58,171 nt of DNA from Kiritimatiellia bacterium (GCA_017996315.1 JAGOHE010000001.1:1-58171), one strand, 5' to 3'; positions 25,479-39,748 are shown, counted from the first letter of the stretch. Notes: generated by a model from the sequence alone, not told the origin. Numbers and translations are program-made.

Positions 25479-27527
25479 CTATTCTTCATGGCCGAAAACA
25501 GAGTCGGGAATGGGCTGTTGGGAAAATGTCTCGCTGGACCAGGATAGGTCGAGACGCGGCTCGGCCCCCGGCGCGTGGCGGTAGCCGAGCACAAACGGAT
25601 GCGCTCCGGCCCGAAGATGCACGCGGGCGGAGACGGTCGTTTCCGACGTCTGCGGCCGGTCGGCATCCAGCAACTGCATGCGATGAAGGCGCAGGAATGC
25701 GCCAGTATCGGAGGACAGATAAAACGTGTACGTCCCGTCTTCCGGAATCTTCAGATATCCGCGAAATTCCATTCCAAATTCGTCCTTCCGCGCGGCCGCG
25801 CCCGGATCCGGACGCGCGGAAATTCCCGAGGCGGTCGCGCTCAATGTTTCGAACGAAGGCACCCAGGGGAATTCGCCGGTGAACAATCTCCACCCCACCC
25901 CCGCGCGCAACGCGGCAGCGGGCACCGCGGGAACGGGCTCATGATCATAGGGCCGCGGCGCGGACGGATCGGGGCGGCGCACCCGCAGGACGGCGTCCTT
26001 GAATTCCTGCTGGGAGGGTATCCCGGGACGCCCGGAAAGATCGTTCGTTTCCTTGGGATCCGCGGCCGTATCAAAAATTCTGAAATTGTCCGCGTGATCG
26101 GTCACGCGATACCGCACCCCTTTGAAGCCCCTGAGATAAATCGCCTGTTCCTGCCCGCGCCCCGCGCCCCGGCGGGAGGCTTCAAAATCCCCATAGGAAG
26201 GCGTGGCGCTGTCCGTAGCAAAATATTCCAGATACACCACGCCCTCGCGGGGCCGGCCGCGCGCGGTGAGCACGGGCACGAGCGACACCCCGTCCGAACG
26301 CGCAGGCGCGGGCACACCGGCCAGTTCGGAAAACGTGGACATCCAATCATGAAACTGCGAAGGATGGTCGGTGCGGCGGCCGGCGGGAATTGCCCCGGGC
26401 CAGCGCGCCAGCGCCGGCACGCGAACACCGCCCTCCCACACGTCCCGCTTGATCCCGTCCATGCCCGCGTAAGAACGAAAGAACCGGGGATCCTGGGTGT
26501 AGCGCCCTCCAAACCCGGATTCGTTGTGCGGGCCGTTATCGGAGGTGAACACGACCAGCGTGCGGCGGTCGATGTTGAGATCCTTGAGCAATTGAAGAAC
26601 ATCCCCCACCGCGTCATCCACCCGGCGCACCATGGTGGCATGACGCTGTTGGGCCGGGGACCAGCCCGGCCGCCCCGCATAGTCGGGGTGGATCCACGTG
26701 TCGTCTTCACCCGATGCGGTGTTGATCATCGCGCCGGGGTTGCCGTTCCATTGCACGCCACCCTTCAGTCCGCCCCCTGCGGGGTAGGCTTGGGAAGGAA
26801 CGTTCAATTGCGCGTGGGGGGCCGTGAGGGCGAGGTAAAGAAAGAACGGCCGCGCGGCATCGGCTGCGATCTGATCCGTAATCCACGTCTTCGCCCGTGC
26901 GACGAAAAGGTCGGTGGAATAGCAGTGGGCGGCGGCTTCCGTGATGGGTGTGTAGCCGTCGAAGATGGCGCAGGGTTGCCCCTGGTTATCCTTCCGGCCC
27001 GCCATCAGCCCGCCGTAATGAAAATGGCCGCTGAGGTGCGCGGTGAGCCCAAAGAAATAATCGAACCCCCGACGCATCGGATGGCCGGCCTGCTGCTCGG
27101 GTGTCCCCTCGCCCTGCAATCCCCACTTGCCGATCGCGGCGGTGGCGTAGCCGGCCTCGCGGAGCACGGACCCGAGCGTATGCTGATCCTCGAGGGCTTT
27201 GTCGAACTGGTTGTCGCGGACATTGGCGTGTCCCTGATGCGAACCGAGCAGCAATGAAGCGCGAGAGGGCGCGCATACCGGCGCGGCGCAATAATGGCGG
27301 GAGAGGATCATGCCTTCCGCGGCCAGAGCATCGAGATGGGGCGTGTCAATCGCCGGTTGTCCGGCCTCCCGCCGGGCGTTTTGATACAGGACCCCGAGAT
27401 CCCCATAACCGAGATCGTCGGTAAGAATGAAGATGATGTTGGGATGGGGCGCGTTTTCCGCGCCGGCGACGGCGGCCCACATGCATGCGCCGGCGGCCGC
27501 AAGGGTTCCAGTGGTTCGGATGTTCAT
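25479..27527 (-). CDS. secreted sulfatase with a C-terminal PA14-like domain
   Basis: ORF 25479..27839; likely start is the ATG at 27527 (MNIRTTGTLAAAGACMWAAVAGA signal peptide). NIIFILTDDLGYGD, the formylglycine motif CAPSRASLLLG, and a PA14-like C-terminus FGMEFRGYLKIPEDGTYTFYLSSDTGAFLRL. Confidence 0.85.
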   Translation of the reverse strand: MNIRTTGTLAAAGACMWAAVAGAENAPHPNIIFILTDDLGYGDLGVLYQNARREAGQPAIDTPHLDALAAEGMILSRHYCAAPVCAPSRASLLLGSHQGHANVRDNQFDKALEDQHTLGSVLREAGYATAAIGKWGLQGEGTPEQQAGHPMRRGFDYFFGLTAHLSGHFHYGGLMAGRKDNQGQPCAIFDGYTPITEAAAHCYSTDLFVARAKTWITDQIAADAARPFFLYLALTAPHAQLNVPSQAYPAGGGLKGGVQWNGNPGAMINTASGEDDTWIHPDYAGRPGWSPAQQRHATMVRRVDDAVGDVLQLLKDLNIDRRTLVVFTSDNGPHNESGFGGRYTQDPRFFRSYAGMDGIKRDVWEGGVRVPALARWPGAIPAGRRTDHPSQFHDWMSTFSELAGVPAPARSDGVSLVPVLTARGRPREGVVYLEYFATDSATPSYGDFEASRRGAGRGQEQAIYLRGFKGVRYRVTDHADNFRIFDTAADPKETNDLSGRPGIPSQQEFKDAVLRVRRPDPSAPRPYDHEPVPAVPAAALRAGVGWRLFTGEFPWVPSFETLSATASGISARPDPGAAARKDEFGMEFRGYLKIPEDGTYTFYLSSDTGAFLRLHRMQLLDADRPQTSETTVSARVHLRAGAHPFVLGYRHAPGAEPRLDLSWSSETFSQQPIPDSVFGHEE

Positions 27528-27561
27528 GCTCCGGCGAGCATAGGACAGCCCACGGTGAAAA

Positions 27562-28365
27562 TCATTCCTGAAATACGGAATTCGAAAGATCCATCGTTCC
27601 GCGCGCGCAGAGCCAGGCGGCGAGAATAAATTCCGCGGCGGTTTCGGCGCGCAAGACATGGGGACCCAGGTGCACCGGCCGCGCGCCCGCGGACTGAAAG
27701 GCACGGCGTTCGGCGTCGCTCCAGCCCCCCTCCGGCCCGACGTATACGGCGGGACGCCGGCAGTCCGGCGCCCGGAATTCTTCCCACACCGGGCGCGCGT
27801 CCGGCTGCCAGTCGGCCACGCGCACCGGACCATCCGCATCGCCGTCCAACGCGTCGGTCAATCCGCCGGCAACCCGGACATCCGGAAGCCAGTCGGCGCC
27901 GCATTGTTTGGCCGCGGCAATGACTTGATCTCGCCAGCGCTCCAGGCGCCGCTGGGCGTCCCGGCCTTCCCGCAAGCGAGCCACACTATGTTCCGATTCA
28001 AACCAGATGAGTTCGAATGCGCCCAGTTCCACGGATTTCTCGATCACCCAGTCCTGCCGGGCGCCGCGGGGCAGCGCGAGCCGAAGCCGCACTCCGTCCG
28101 GCCGGGGCGATTCACGGTAGTCTGAAATTTCCACCGCGCATCCGCGTCCCGGAGAAGCGCGCAGGCGTCCGTGTGCTGATCCGCCGGCGCCATTGAACAG
28201 TTCGAGCTCCGCGCCGGGCGAAAGCCGCAGCACACGCAATGCATGCCGGGCTTCGGCTTCGGGAAGTTCGATAACGTCCTGCCCGGGGCGAAGCGTCGGC
28301 GCGTGGAACCGGGGAAAATGCCGCGTCGCGGGATCAGGATTTCTGGAGGATACGGCGGCGCTCAT
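27562..28365 (-). CDS. rsmE: 16S rRNA (uracil1498-N3)-methyltransferase RsmE
   Basis: ORF 27562..28485; the ATG at 28365 gives RHFPRFHAP...[26 protein letters not shown] and the C-terminal SPOUT motif [11 protein letters not shown]...[11 protein letters not shown]. It overlaps the dnaJ 3' end by ~30 nt. Confidence 0.75.
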   Translation of the reverse strand: MSAAVSSRNPDPATRHFPRFHAPTLRPGQDVIELPEAEARHALRVLRLSPGAELELFNGAGGSAHGRLRASPGRGCAVEISDYRESPRPDGVRLRLALPRGARQDWVIEKSVELGAFELIWFESEHSVARLREGRDAQRRLERWRDQVIAAAKQCGADWLPDVRVAGGLTDALDGDADGPVRVADWQPDARPVWEEFRAPDCRRPAVYVGPEGGWSDAERRAFQSAGARPVHLGPHVLRAETAAEFILAAWLCARGTMDLSNSVFQE

Positions 28366-29506
28366 AGAATTCTTCCGCCTTGCGCAGGAATTCACGGCGG
28401 ACGGGGAATTGATCATCGCTGAACGATCCGGCGATGTCCTCCATCGCGCCGCGTTGGCGGCGATCGAGGCGATGAGGCACTTCAATCACGATCCGCGCGA
28501 AGTGATCGCCCGCTTCTCCGGTGCGCGGATGGGTCACTCCCTTGCCGCGCAGGCGGAAGATTCGTCCGTTCTCGACCCCGGGGGGCACTTTCAGTCGCGC
28601 CTCGCCATGAATGGTGGGCACGGCAATTTCGCCGCCCAGGGTCGCAATCTGGAACGGCACGGGGACATCGGAAGCGATGTCAAAATCGTTGCGCTCGAAG
28701 ATGGCATGCGGGCGCACATGCAACACGATATACAAATCGCCCGACTGACCTCCGCGCGCGCCACCCTGCCCTTTGCCCGCGAGACGAAGACGGGAACCGG
28801 TTTCAACGCCGGCTGGAATCTTGACCTGCAGGGTGCTGCGTTCTTTCACCCGGCCCTCGCCCCGGCACGTGCGGCATGGGCGGGAAACGACTTCTCTCGC
28901 GCCACCACAGGCGGGACAGGTCTGGCGGAACTGCATGAAGCCCTGGGAGGTGACCAGCACGCCGCGGCCGCGGCAGGTCGGACAGGTCTCGCGCTTGGAG
29001 CCGGGTTCCGCGCCCGTGCCCTGGCACTCCTTGCATTCGCGCAACAGCGGCAGGGTCACTTCGCGTTCGGTACCCAGCACCGATTCCTCGAAATCGATCT
29101 CCATGTCGAACCGGATATCCTCGCCATGCGCACGGCCATCCGAAGGATCGCCTCCGAAGAAATTGCCGAAAATATCGCCGCCCCCGCCGAAGGCGCCCAT
29201 GAAAGTCCGCAGCGCTTCTTCGAGGTCAATACCGCCGAACCCGCCGCCGAAGCCGCCCGGAGCGCCCGCCGCGCCGCCAACGCCCCGATGTCCGAACTGG
29301 TCGTACCGGGCGCGTTTGGATGCGTCGCTGAGCACCTCGTAGGCTTCGGAGATCTCTTTGAACTTTTCCTCGGCGGTCTTATCCCCGGGATTTTTGTCCG
29401 GGTGATACTGCATCGCGAGTTTGCGGTAGGACTTTTTCAGGTCTTCCGCCGACGCATCCCGGGAAACCCCCAGCACCTCGTAATAATCGCGTTTGGTCGC
29501 CGCCAT
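28334..29506 (-). CDS. dnaJ: molecular chaperone DnaJ
   Basis: J domain [38 protein letters not shown]-rich region, and four CxxCxG zinc-finger repeats ([30 protein letters not shown]). Confidence 0.95.
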   Translation of the reverse strand: MAATKRDYYEVLGVSRDASAEDLKKSYRKLAMQYHPDKNPGDKTAEEKFKEISEAYEVLSDASKRARYDQFGHRGVGGAAGAPGGFGGGFGGIDLEEALRTFMGAFGGGGDIFGNFFGGDPSDGRAHGEDIRFDMEIDFEESVLGTEREVTLPLLRECKECQGTGAEPGSKRETCPTCRGRGVLVTSQGFMQFRQTCPACGGAREVVSRPCRTCRGEGRVKERSTLQVKIPAGVETGSRLRLAGKGQGGARGGQSGDLYIVLHVRPHAIFERNDFDIASDVPVPFQIATLGGEIAVPTIHGEARLKVPPGVENGRIFRLRGKGVTHPRTGEAGDHFARIVIEVPHRLDRRQRGAMEDIAGSFSDDQFPVRREFLRKAEEFYERRRILQKS

Positions 29507-29509
29507 GGC

Positions 29510-30094
29510 TCAGCCCTCGGAGGTTGTTTCGGAAGCGGCCGATCCGGCGGGGCCGGAGGACAAGGCGACCTGGGGGGCGCGGAGCAACCGGGCTCCGAGC
29601 CGATAGCCGCGCCGGAGTTCCTGAAGCACGTGGTCCTTGGGCACATCGTCGGATGGCAAGGTGACGGTGCACTCATGAATCTGGGGATCGAACGGCTGTC
29701 CGATGCAAGGGATCGGCTCGAGATGGAACCGGCCGAGCGCGGCGACCAGTTGATTCTGGATCAGCCGGAATCCATCCAGCACGCCCTCGGGCATCTGCTG
29801 ATCGGCGGCGGCCTGGAGACCCAGTTCGAGGTGATCCAGCACGGGCAGCAGCTCGCGCATAAGTCCCTCCAGGGAGGCGATACGCTGTTCGTCCGCGTCG
29901 CGGCGCACGCGTTTTCGGTAGTTGTCGAAATCGGCTTGAAGGCGCAGCATCCGATCTTTCATCACATCCATCTCGCCCTGCGCCTGGTCCAGCAATTTTT
30001 CGGACGCTGCGGCTTCGGCGGCGGCGGCCAGATCTGCGGCCGGGGCGGGCTCTCCGGGAGTGGTGTCCGGTTCCTTCTTTTTCTTGTGAGTCAT
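29510..30094 (-). CDS. grpE: nucleotide exchange factor GrpE
   Basis: 194-aa ORF immediately upstream of dnaJ. Coiled-coil RLQADFDNYRKRVRRD and the C-terminal GrpE beta domain (HECTVTLPSDDVPKDHVLQELRRGYRLGARLLRAPQV). Confidence 0.9.
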   Translation of the reverse strand: MTHKKKKEPDTTPGEPAPAADLAAAAEAAASEKLLDQAQGEMDVMKDRMLRLQADFDNYRKRVRRDADEQRIASLEGLMRELLPVLDHLELGLQAAADQQMPEGVLDGFRLIQNQLVAALGRFHLEPIPCIGQPFDPQIHECTVTLPSDDVPKDHVLQELRRGYRLGARLLRAPQVALSSGPAGSAASETTSEG

Positions 30095-30495
30095 GATGAA
30101 AACCTCTTGGTATCCGACAAAAACGGTGTGTCAGTGTATCACAATCTGTCCCGCGGGTCAGGTGCGTGGCCGTGGAAACACGTTGCAGCATGCGAGCCGT
30201 CCGCTCGCGAGCCGCTCGCTCATCCAAATCGCGGAGTTGCCAGACCGGCGGGAAATACACGAACACGGACCATCGTGCTCTGCGATTGTGCCGCCGATTC
30301 ATCAGCGACGAACTGAACCACGGTTGCGGAAAACTGCGGGAGGAAGGATGAATCAATATCGAATTTTTCCACAGGAGTCACGGTGCGGAATACGAATCGA
30401 ACATCCGTCCGGGCAGTTCGCGTGGCGATGAAGATTTTGATTTCGAAAATGGCGGCCCGAGAACAGGCGGTGTTGGGGGCATGGGGGGAGAAATG

Positions 30496-30530
30496 AAAAA
30501 GACGTTCGAGGGTTGGTTCGAACGTCTTTT
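30496..30530 (-). terminator. Rho-independent terminator of the rRNA operon
   Basis: AAAAA-GACGTTCGA-GGGTTGGT-TCGAACGTC-TTTT. 9-bp stem, about 10 nt after the 5S 3' end. A T-run follows the stem on the minus strand. Confidence 0.75.
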
Positions 30531-30540
30531 CAAATTTTTA

Positions 30541-30658
30541 ATCCCGGCAACGTGCTACTCTCCCGAGGCCTGTCGCCTGAGTACCATCGCCGCTGAGGGT
30601 CTTAACGGCCGTGTTCGGAATGGGAACGGGTGTTTTCCCCTCGCTATAATCACCGGGA
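30541..30658 (-). rRNA. rrf: 5S ribosomal RNA
   Basis: The reverse complement contains conserved 5S blocks (CCCGTTCCCATTCCGAACACGG...GGTACTCAGGCG...GGGAGAGTAGCACGTTGCCGGGA). Ends approximate within a few nt. Confidence 0.9.
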
Positions 30659-30724
30659 AAAAAGTATTGCATAGGAAAGGGGAGGCGGACGGCTCCGCGG
30701 GGGAGCCAATCCGCCGTAAAAATT

Positions 30725-33673
<2,949 letters not shown>

Positions 33674-33796
33674 AAAAATTGGTCGTTCAACATTCACTGA
33701 AAATTTCAGTGAGTCGTAATTTTTTCCCCAATTCCTATGCAATTGTCAAAGAACCACCCGCCAAAGCGGGAAAATGGTTTTACATGGCGGCACGCC

Positions 33797-33873
33797 TGGT
33801 GGGCGTGACTGGAGTCGAACCAGTGACCTCGTCCTTATCAGGGACGCGCTCTAACCAACTGAGCTACACGCCC
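33797..33873 (-). tRNA. tRNA-Ile (anticodon GAT) in the 16S-23S spacer
   Basis: The reverse complement is GGGCGTGTAGCTCAGTTGGTTAGAGCGCGTCCCTGATAAGGACGAGGTCACTGGTTCGACTCCAGTCACGCCCACCA; anticodon loop CTGATAA. Confidence 0.92.
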
Positions 33874-33952
33874 GGAGTTTCTGGCCTGCCCGGGCGTAGT
33901 TCCGTGATGGTCATCGCGCCCAGCTCCGTGTCCGTTCCGAGGAAACGAAGCC

Positions 33953-34028
33953 TGGTGGAGGCAACCGGGTTCGAACCGGTGACCCCAAGCTTGCAAAGCT
34001 TGTGCTCTACCAACTGAGCTATGCCCCC
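33953..34028 (-). tRNA. tRNA-Ala (anticodon TGC) in the 16S-23S spacer
   Basis: The reverse complement is GGGGGCATAGCTCAGTTGGTAGAGCACAAGCTTTGCAAGCTTGGGGTCACCGGTTCGAACCCGGTTGCCTCCACCA; G3:U70, anticodon loop TTTGCAA. Confidence 0.92.
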
Positions 34029-34204
34029 GGATGTCACCGGCGCCGGTCGGCATTTCCGGCCCGTACGCCATGCTGAATAGCGGAGCGCTGTAGTACCCTG
34101 AATCAAGAATGGTGCGATTTGCTTGGCTTGGCCCCTTCCCCCGGACGAATCCAGAGGAGATAACCTATCCAAACCCGAGCCGAAGCTCGAGATGGATGCT
34201 CCTT

Positions 34205-35764
<1,560 letters not shown>

Positions 35765-36069
35765 GTAATTATTTACATAGTTACTTTTGGAGCTGCCAGC
35801 GGGGCTAACCGCCAGCACTTTGTTGTCCTGTTACGGACCCAATTAAATTGCCTCTTGCGATCACTCGCAATAGGCCGGGCACAAGCTCGTCACAAATCGC
35901 ACCACTCTTGATTCAGAGTGGCGCTCAAAACGCTATTCAAATTTCAAAGAACACAAAGCAACCGCTTCAACCGTTGCCCCGACTTTTCAGCGGGGACGGC
36001 CTCGGCAGTCACCTGAACTGCTCCGGCGTGCGCGTGCTTTTATGCGCACGCCATCACTGAATCTTCCGC

Positions 36070-36125
36070 AGTATATACGAACCCGACTCCGCGTCAACAA
36101 CTTTTTTTACAAAAACTTTTGACTG
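36070..36125 (-). promoter_or_regulatory. candidate rRNA operon promoter with an A/T-rich UP element
   Basis: The minus strand reads AAAAGTTTTTGTAAAAAAAGTTG-TTGACG-(16 nt)-TATACT, about 300 nt upstream of the 16S 5' end. Confidence 0.5.
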
Positions 36126-36245
36126 CGATCAGGCCCGCATTCCTGCGGCGTCCGGCGCTTTCGCGCTCGAACGGGAAAGAGAGTAGCCGAACCCGCCGCC
36201 CAACGCAAGCGTCTTTTTGCGGGAGCCTTTAATGAGAATGTATTC

Positions 36246-37376
36246 TCAGTTTGATGCGGAGGCCGGGGATGGATCGTAGGGACACAGCGGATCCTCCGCT
36301 AAGGGGTCGCCGGTGACCGCATGGGCGCGCGAGCGCGACCCCCCGCAGACCGACCGATACGCGCAGCGTCCGCAGCGCCCGCGCAGGCGACCGGGATCAC
36401 GCAAGGCCCGGAAAAGCTCGGAATTCCGATAGATATCGCTCAGCCGGCGCTCGCGCACCCTCCCCGCTTCCATCGGAAGAAATCCGCTCGGACAAACCCC
36501 GCCAGTGTGATCCACAAACGCAAATCCCCGCCCCGCGTTCACCGGCGTCGGCGATAATCCAATGCGGCGAATCCCCCCGCCGTTCCGATGCGCGGCGCCG
36601 GGCGCCACGGGCATGCCCGTCAGCCCCCCCATCCGCTCCATCGCAATCCGGCGATGCTGGGGCGCCTCGGCAATCTTCACCAGATACGGTGCTCCTTCCG
36701 CATGATCGAGCAGCCAGGCCAGGATCTCATCCGCTCTCCGGGAATCCATCCGCTCCAAGTCCACTCCCCGCCCCGTGGGCACCAGAAAAAAAACTTCCCA
36801 AAAGACCGCCCCCAAACGACGAACCTCTTCAGCCAGCCGATCCAGCGCTCGCTCGTTCCAAGGTCCAATTACGCTATTGATTTGAAGGGGAACTCCGCAC
36901 TCTTTCACCCAACCTGCTGCTTCCAAAGCTTTTGCATGTGCCCCCGGCACCCCGCGCAGGTCGTCATGGGCCGCCGAATCGGCGGAATCGAGACTGATCG
37001 CCAACTGATCCACCCCGGCGTCGGACAATGACCTTATCCGATCCCGAGTGCAAAGTTCCGTCGCAGCAGGGATGACCCCCACCCTAAGTCCAAGTGACTT
37101 CCCATGGCGGACAAGGCATTCCAAATCATTGCGCTGCAACGGATCGCCTCCCGTGAAGACTATGATTGGGGTGCCCATTCCCGCAACATCTTCCAGCAGC
37201 CGGAATCCCTCCTCCGTGGTGAGTTCATCCGGATGGCGAACGTCTTCCGCAGCCGCCCGACAATGCTTGCACGCGAGGGTACATGCCCGAGTCACTTCCC
37301 AAATCACAAGAAACGGCGCCCGGTTAAAATCGACTATTTCTCCCGGGTGCCCAGCATGCTGGTTTGCGTGCTTCAT
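36246..37376 (-). CDS. radical SAM/SPASM-domain protein of the AhbC/AhbD/NirJ-like family
   Basis: 376-aa ORF. CxxxCxxC cluster (TRACTLACKHC), the FFLVPTGRG motif typical of AhbD/NirJ-type enzymes, and a Cys-rich SPASM C-terminus (CPSG...RGRCGRCAYRSVCGGSRSRA). Last gene of the heme operon. Confidence 0.7.
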   Translation of the reverse strand: MKHANQHAGHPGEIVDFNRAPFLVIWEVTRACTLACKHCRAAAEDVRHPDELTTEEGFRLLEDVAGMGTPIIVFTGGDPLQRNDLECLVRHGKSLGLRVGVIPAATELCTRDRIRSLSDAGVDQLAISLDSADSAAHDDLRGVPGAHAKALEAAGWVKECGVPLQINSVIGPWNERALDRLAEEVRRLGAVFWEVFFLVPTGRGVDLERMDSRRADEILAWLLDHAEGAPYLVKIAEAPQHRRIAMERMGGLTGMPVAPGAAHRNGGGIRRIGLSPTPVNAGRGFAFVDHTGGVCPSGFLPMEAGRVRERRLSDIYRNSELFRALRDPGRLRGRCGRCAYRSVCGGSRSRAHAVTGDPLAEDPLCPYDPSPASASN

Positions 37377-37433
37377 TTTCTCTTAACCTAAACGAGCATA
37401 AGCGATTTCGCAATCTCGAGCTGTAAATTTTGC

Positions 37434-38321
37434 TCACATCCAAAGGGGCGAAGGCGAAGGTTGTAACCGGTCAAGACGGCCGGATGCCAGGAGCGCGTCC
37501 AACGCTTTGAGCAAGGCTTCTTTGTCTTTCGGAAACCGGGCTTCCATCGGATGAGCGTTGGAGGCGTGGTTGGCCCGGAATACGGTTCCGGACAACTCAA
37601 ATCCGGCGATCATTTCACGCATTTCCATGATTTCTTCCCGCTCCGTGAGCATCTCGAACGCCCCCGTTCGATGCCACCGCTCCAGCGGGGTGCCCGGTAT
37701 GGGGATGACCCGCAAGGCTGAAAGTAATCGTGGCTGCATCCGGTTCACCGCCGACGCCGTCGCATGCGCATGTCGGGCGCTTCCTGCTCTCCCGCTCAAG
37801 CCCAACAGAACCATTACGGACATGTGCAGTCCGCCGGCCTGGGCCATGACGCCCGCGCGCACCATGTTCTCGGCGGTGTCTTTTTTCCCCATCCGCTTCA
37901 ATAATTCTTCATCGCCGCTCTCCAATCCCATGTAGAGCGTGTGCAGTTTTCTTCGCTTCAACTCGCTCAACCCCTCTGGGCCCAGGGCGAGGATGGATGA
38001 TCCATTCGCATAGGAATTGACTCGGGCCAGATCGGGAAATGCGGCGGACAACTCGTCGAGCAGCGCTCGCAGCCGATCGAGCCCCAACTGCAGTGCATCG
38101 CCATCGGCAAGAAATATCCGGCGGGTCTCGGGCTGTTCGCGAGCCAACCGCCGGAGATCCCGCGACACGTCTTCCGCCGGCCGCGCTTCGTACGCTCCAT
38201 CCCGATACATTCCGCAAAACGCGCACGCCGGATGCGGACATCCGTAGCTGACTCGCAGAATGACACTCGCGGCTTCGGCGGGAGGCCGGAACAGAGGCCG
38301 CTCAGCCCCCCGGCCATTCAT
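37434..38321 (-). CDS. radical SAM protein with a non-canonical CX4CX2C cluster motif
   Basis: 295-aa ORF. SYGCPHPACAFCGMY was checked against the DNA (tgt ccg cat ccg gcg tgc gcg ttt tgc). GDAL and GLESGD radical SAM core motifs. Its start overlaps the hemY stop (ATGA). Confidence 0.7.
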   Translation of the reverse strand: MNGRGAERPLFRPPAEAASVILRVSYGCPHPACAFCGMYRDGAYEARPAEDVSRDLRRLAREQPETRRIFLADGDALQLGLDRLRALLDELSAAFPDLARVNSYANGSSILALGPEGLSELKRRKLHTLYMGLESGDEELLKRMGKKDTAENMVRAGVMAQAGGLHMSVMVLLGLSGRAGSARHAHATASAVNRMQPRLLSALRVIPIPGTPLERWHRTGAFEMLTEREEIMEMREMIAGFELSGTVFRANHASNAHPMEARFPKDKEALLKALDALLASGRLDRLQPSPSPLWM

Positions 38322-39748
38322 ACCGGTGCGCTCCCGGAACGCGCCAAGGACAAGATTCGATCCGCCACCCGCAATGCCTGCTTGGCGCAGTCGGGAATTC
38401 CAAGGCCGCGATATCCGGCGCCGGCCAGATGCAACCCGGGAATCTGCAATACCCGGCGCTCCAGCCCGTCCACCCGCGCCTCATGGCCTACTTCAAACTG
38501 GGGATTGCCCCGGGGCCATTTCCAAACCCACGTCTTCAGCGGCGGCTGACGAATGCCCAGAATACGCTGGATTTCCTCCCGCACCATGGCGTCGATTTCC
38601 GATTCCGACAGCTCCGCCAGTTCCGGGTGACGCGCCCCGCCTACAAACGCGCGAAGGAGCTGGTGCCCCTCCGGAGCGCGGTCGGTGAACTTTCGGGAGC
38701 TCCACGTCAGCGCGAGAATCCGGCTCGATTCCCGCCTCGGCACGACAAAACCAAAACCTCCGCCGTCCACGCATTCCTTCAATATCTGGTCCGGATAGGC
38801 AAGGCTCACAACGGCCGATGGCGCATACCGGATCGCTTCCAGTTCGCTCGCGATTCCCGGATTCCACGGCCGCACCAGCCGCGCCGCTTCATGGGCAGGC
38901 ACACACAGCACGACATGATCGGCCCGGATCGTCCGGCGCGCGCCATCCGCTTCGACGCCGCCTACGGAAAATCCGCCCTCCGCTTCCGGCGTCAGGTTGT
39001 CCACCCGCACTCCCAGCCGCACGCGCTCGCCCAGCGCGCTCGTCAGCGCATCCGCCAGCGCGCCCATGCCCGTCCGCAGGGAGACGAACACCGATGCCGC
39101 CGGACGGTTCCGGGTCATCCGCCGCGCGCGAAGAATGCCGCGCGTCAGGCTGCCATACTTGCGCTCGAGTTCCACAAACATCGGAAACGTGCTGCGCACA
39201 CTGAGGCGATCAGGATCGCCAACATAAATGCCCGACATGATCGGTCCGGCAATGCGTTCCAGCGCCTCCCGCCCCAGCCGCCGGGTGATGAATTCCGAAA
39301 GGCTTTCATCGCCGTCCTCCCGGCGGCGCGGCAGCACCAGATCCAAGCCCATGCGCAGCTTGCCGATCGGACTGATCAGCGGTGATTTTACGAATGGCCA
39401 GAGTTTCGTCGGCACGGCCAGACGAAACCCATCCGGAAACGGCGTCAGCCTTCCCCGGTTCAGCAGACGGGTCCGATACTGCTCATCTCTTGACGGCTGG
39501 AGTTGTCCGCCCAGCCCCGCGTCGCGGCACAACTGCTCGCCCTCGGGTTTCTGCCGGATGAAGGAATCCGGACCGCCCTCCACCACAAATCCGTCAGCGC
39601 GCACGGTGACGAGCTTTCCGCCGGTGCGATCATCGGCCTCAAGCAACAGCAATTCCGTATCGGCGCGGGCGGCCTCGATGCGCTGCTTCAACCGGAACGC
39701 GCAGGCCAGCCCGGCGATTCCGCCGCCGATGATCACCACCCGTTTCAT
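38318..39748 (-). CDS. hemY: protoporphyrinogen/coproporphyrinogen III oxidase, FAD-dependent (HemY/CgoX type)
   Basis: 476-aa ORF. Dinucleotide-binding N-terminus MKRVVIIGGGIAGLACAF, and a C-terminal HemY-like region (FEVGHEARV...PGLHLAGAGYRGLGIPDC). Confidence 0.85.
   Translation of the reverse strand: MKRVVIIGGGIAGLACAFRLKQRIEAARADTELLLLEADDRTGGKLVTVRADGFVVEGGPDSFIRQKPEGEQLCRDAGLGGQLQPSRDEQYRTRLLNRGRLTPFPDGFRLAVPTKLWPFVKSPLISPIGKLRMGLDLVLPRRREDGDESLSEFITRRLGREALERIAGPIMSGIYVGDPDRLSVRSTFPMFVELERKYGSLTRGILRARRMTRNRPAASVFVSLRTGMGALADALTSALGERVRLGVRVDNLTPEAEGGFSVGGVEADGARRTIRADHVVLCVPAHEAARLVRPWNPGIASELEAIRYAPSAVVSLAYPDQILKECVDGGGFGFVVPRRESSRILALTWSSRKFTDRAPEGHQLLRAFVGGARHPELAELSESEIDAMVREEIQRILGIRQPPLKTWVWKWPRGNPQFEVGHEARVDGLERRVLQIPGLHLAGAGYRGLGIPDCAKQALRVADRILSLARSGSAPV

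Noticed and set aside
25575-27257. 560-aa plus-strand ORF; likewise 40299..41891 (+), 54597..55961 (-), 56394..58040 (-) and 54983..56458 (+)
   Set aside because: Each is antisense to, or out of frame with, a gene that has clear family motifs (sulfatase-PA14, hemE/hemH, DUF2723). The translations are Arg/Gly/Pro-rich with no motifs.
28193-30316. 707-aa ORF on the plus strand
   Set aside because: It is antisense to dnaJ and grpE. It has no recognisable domains and its composition is that of the mirror frame.
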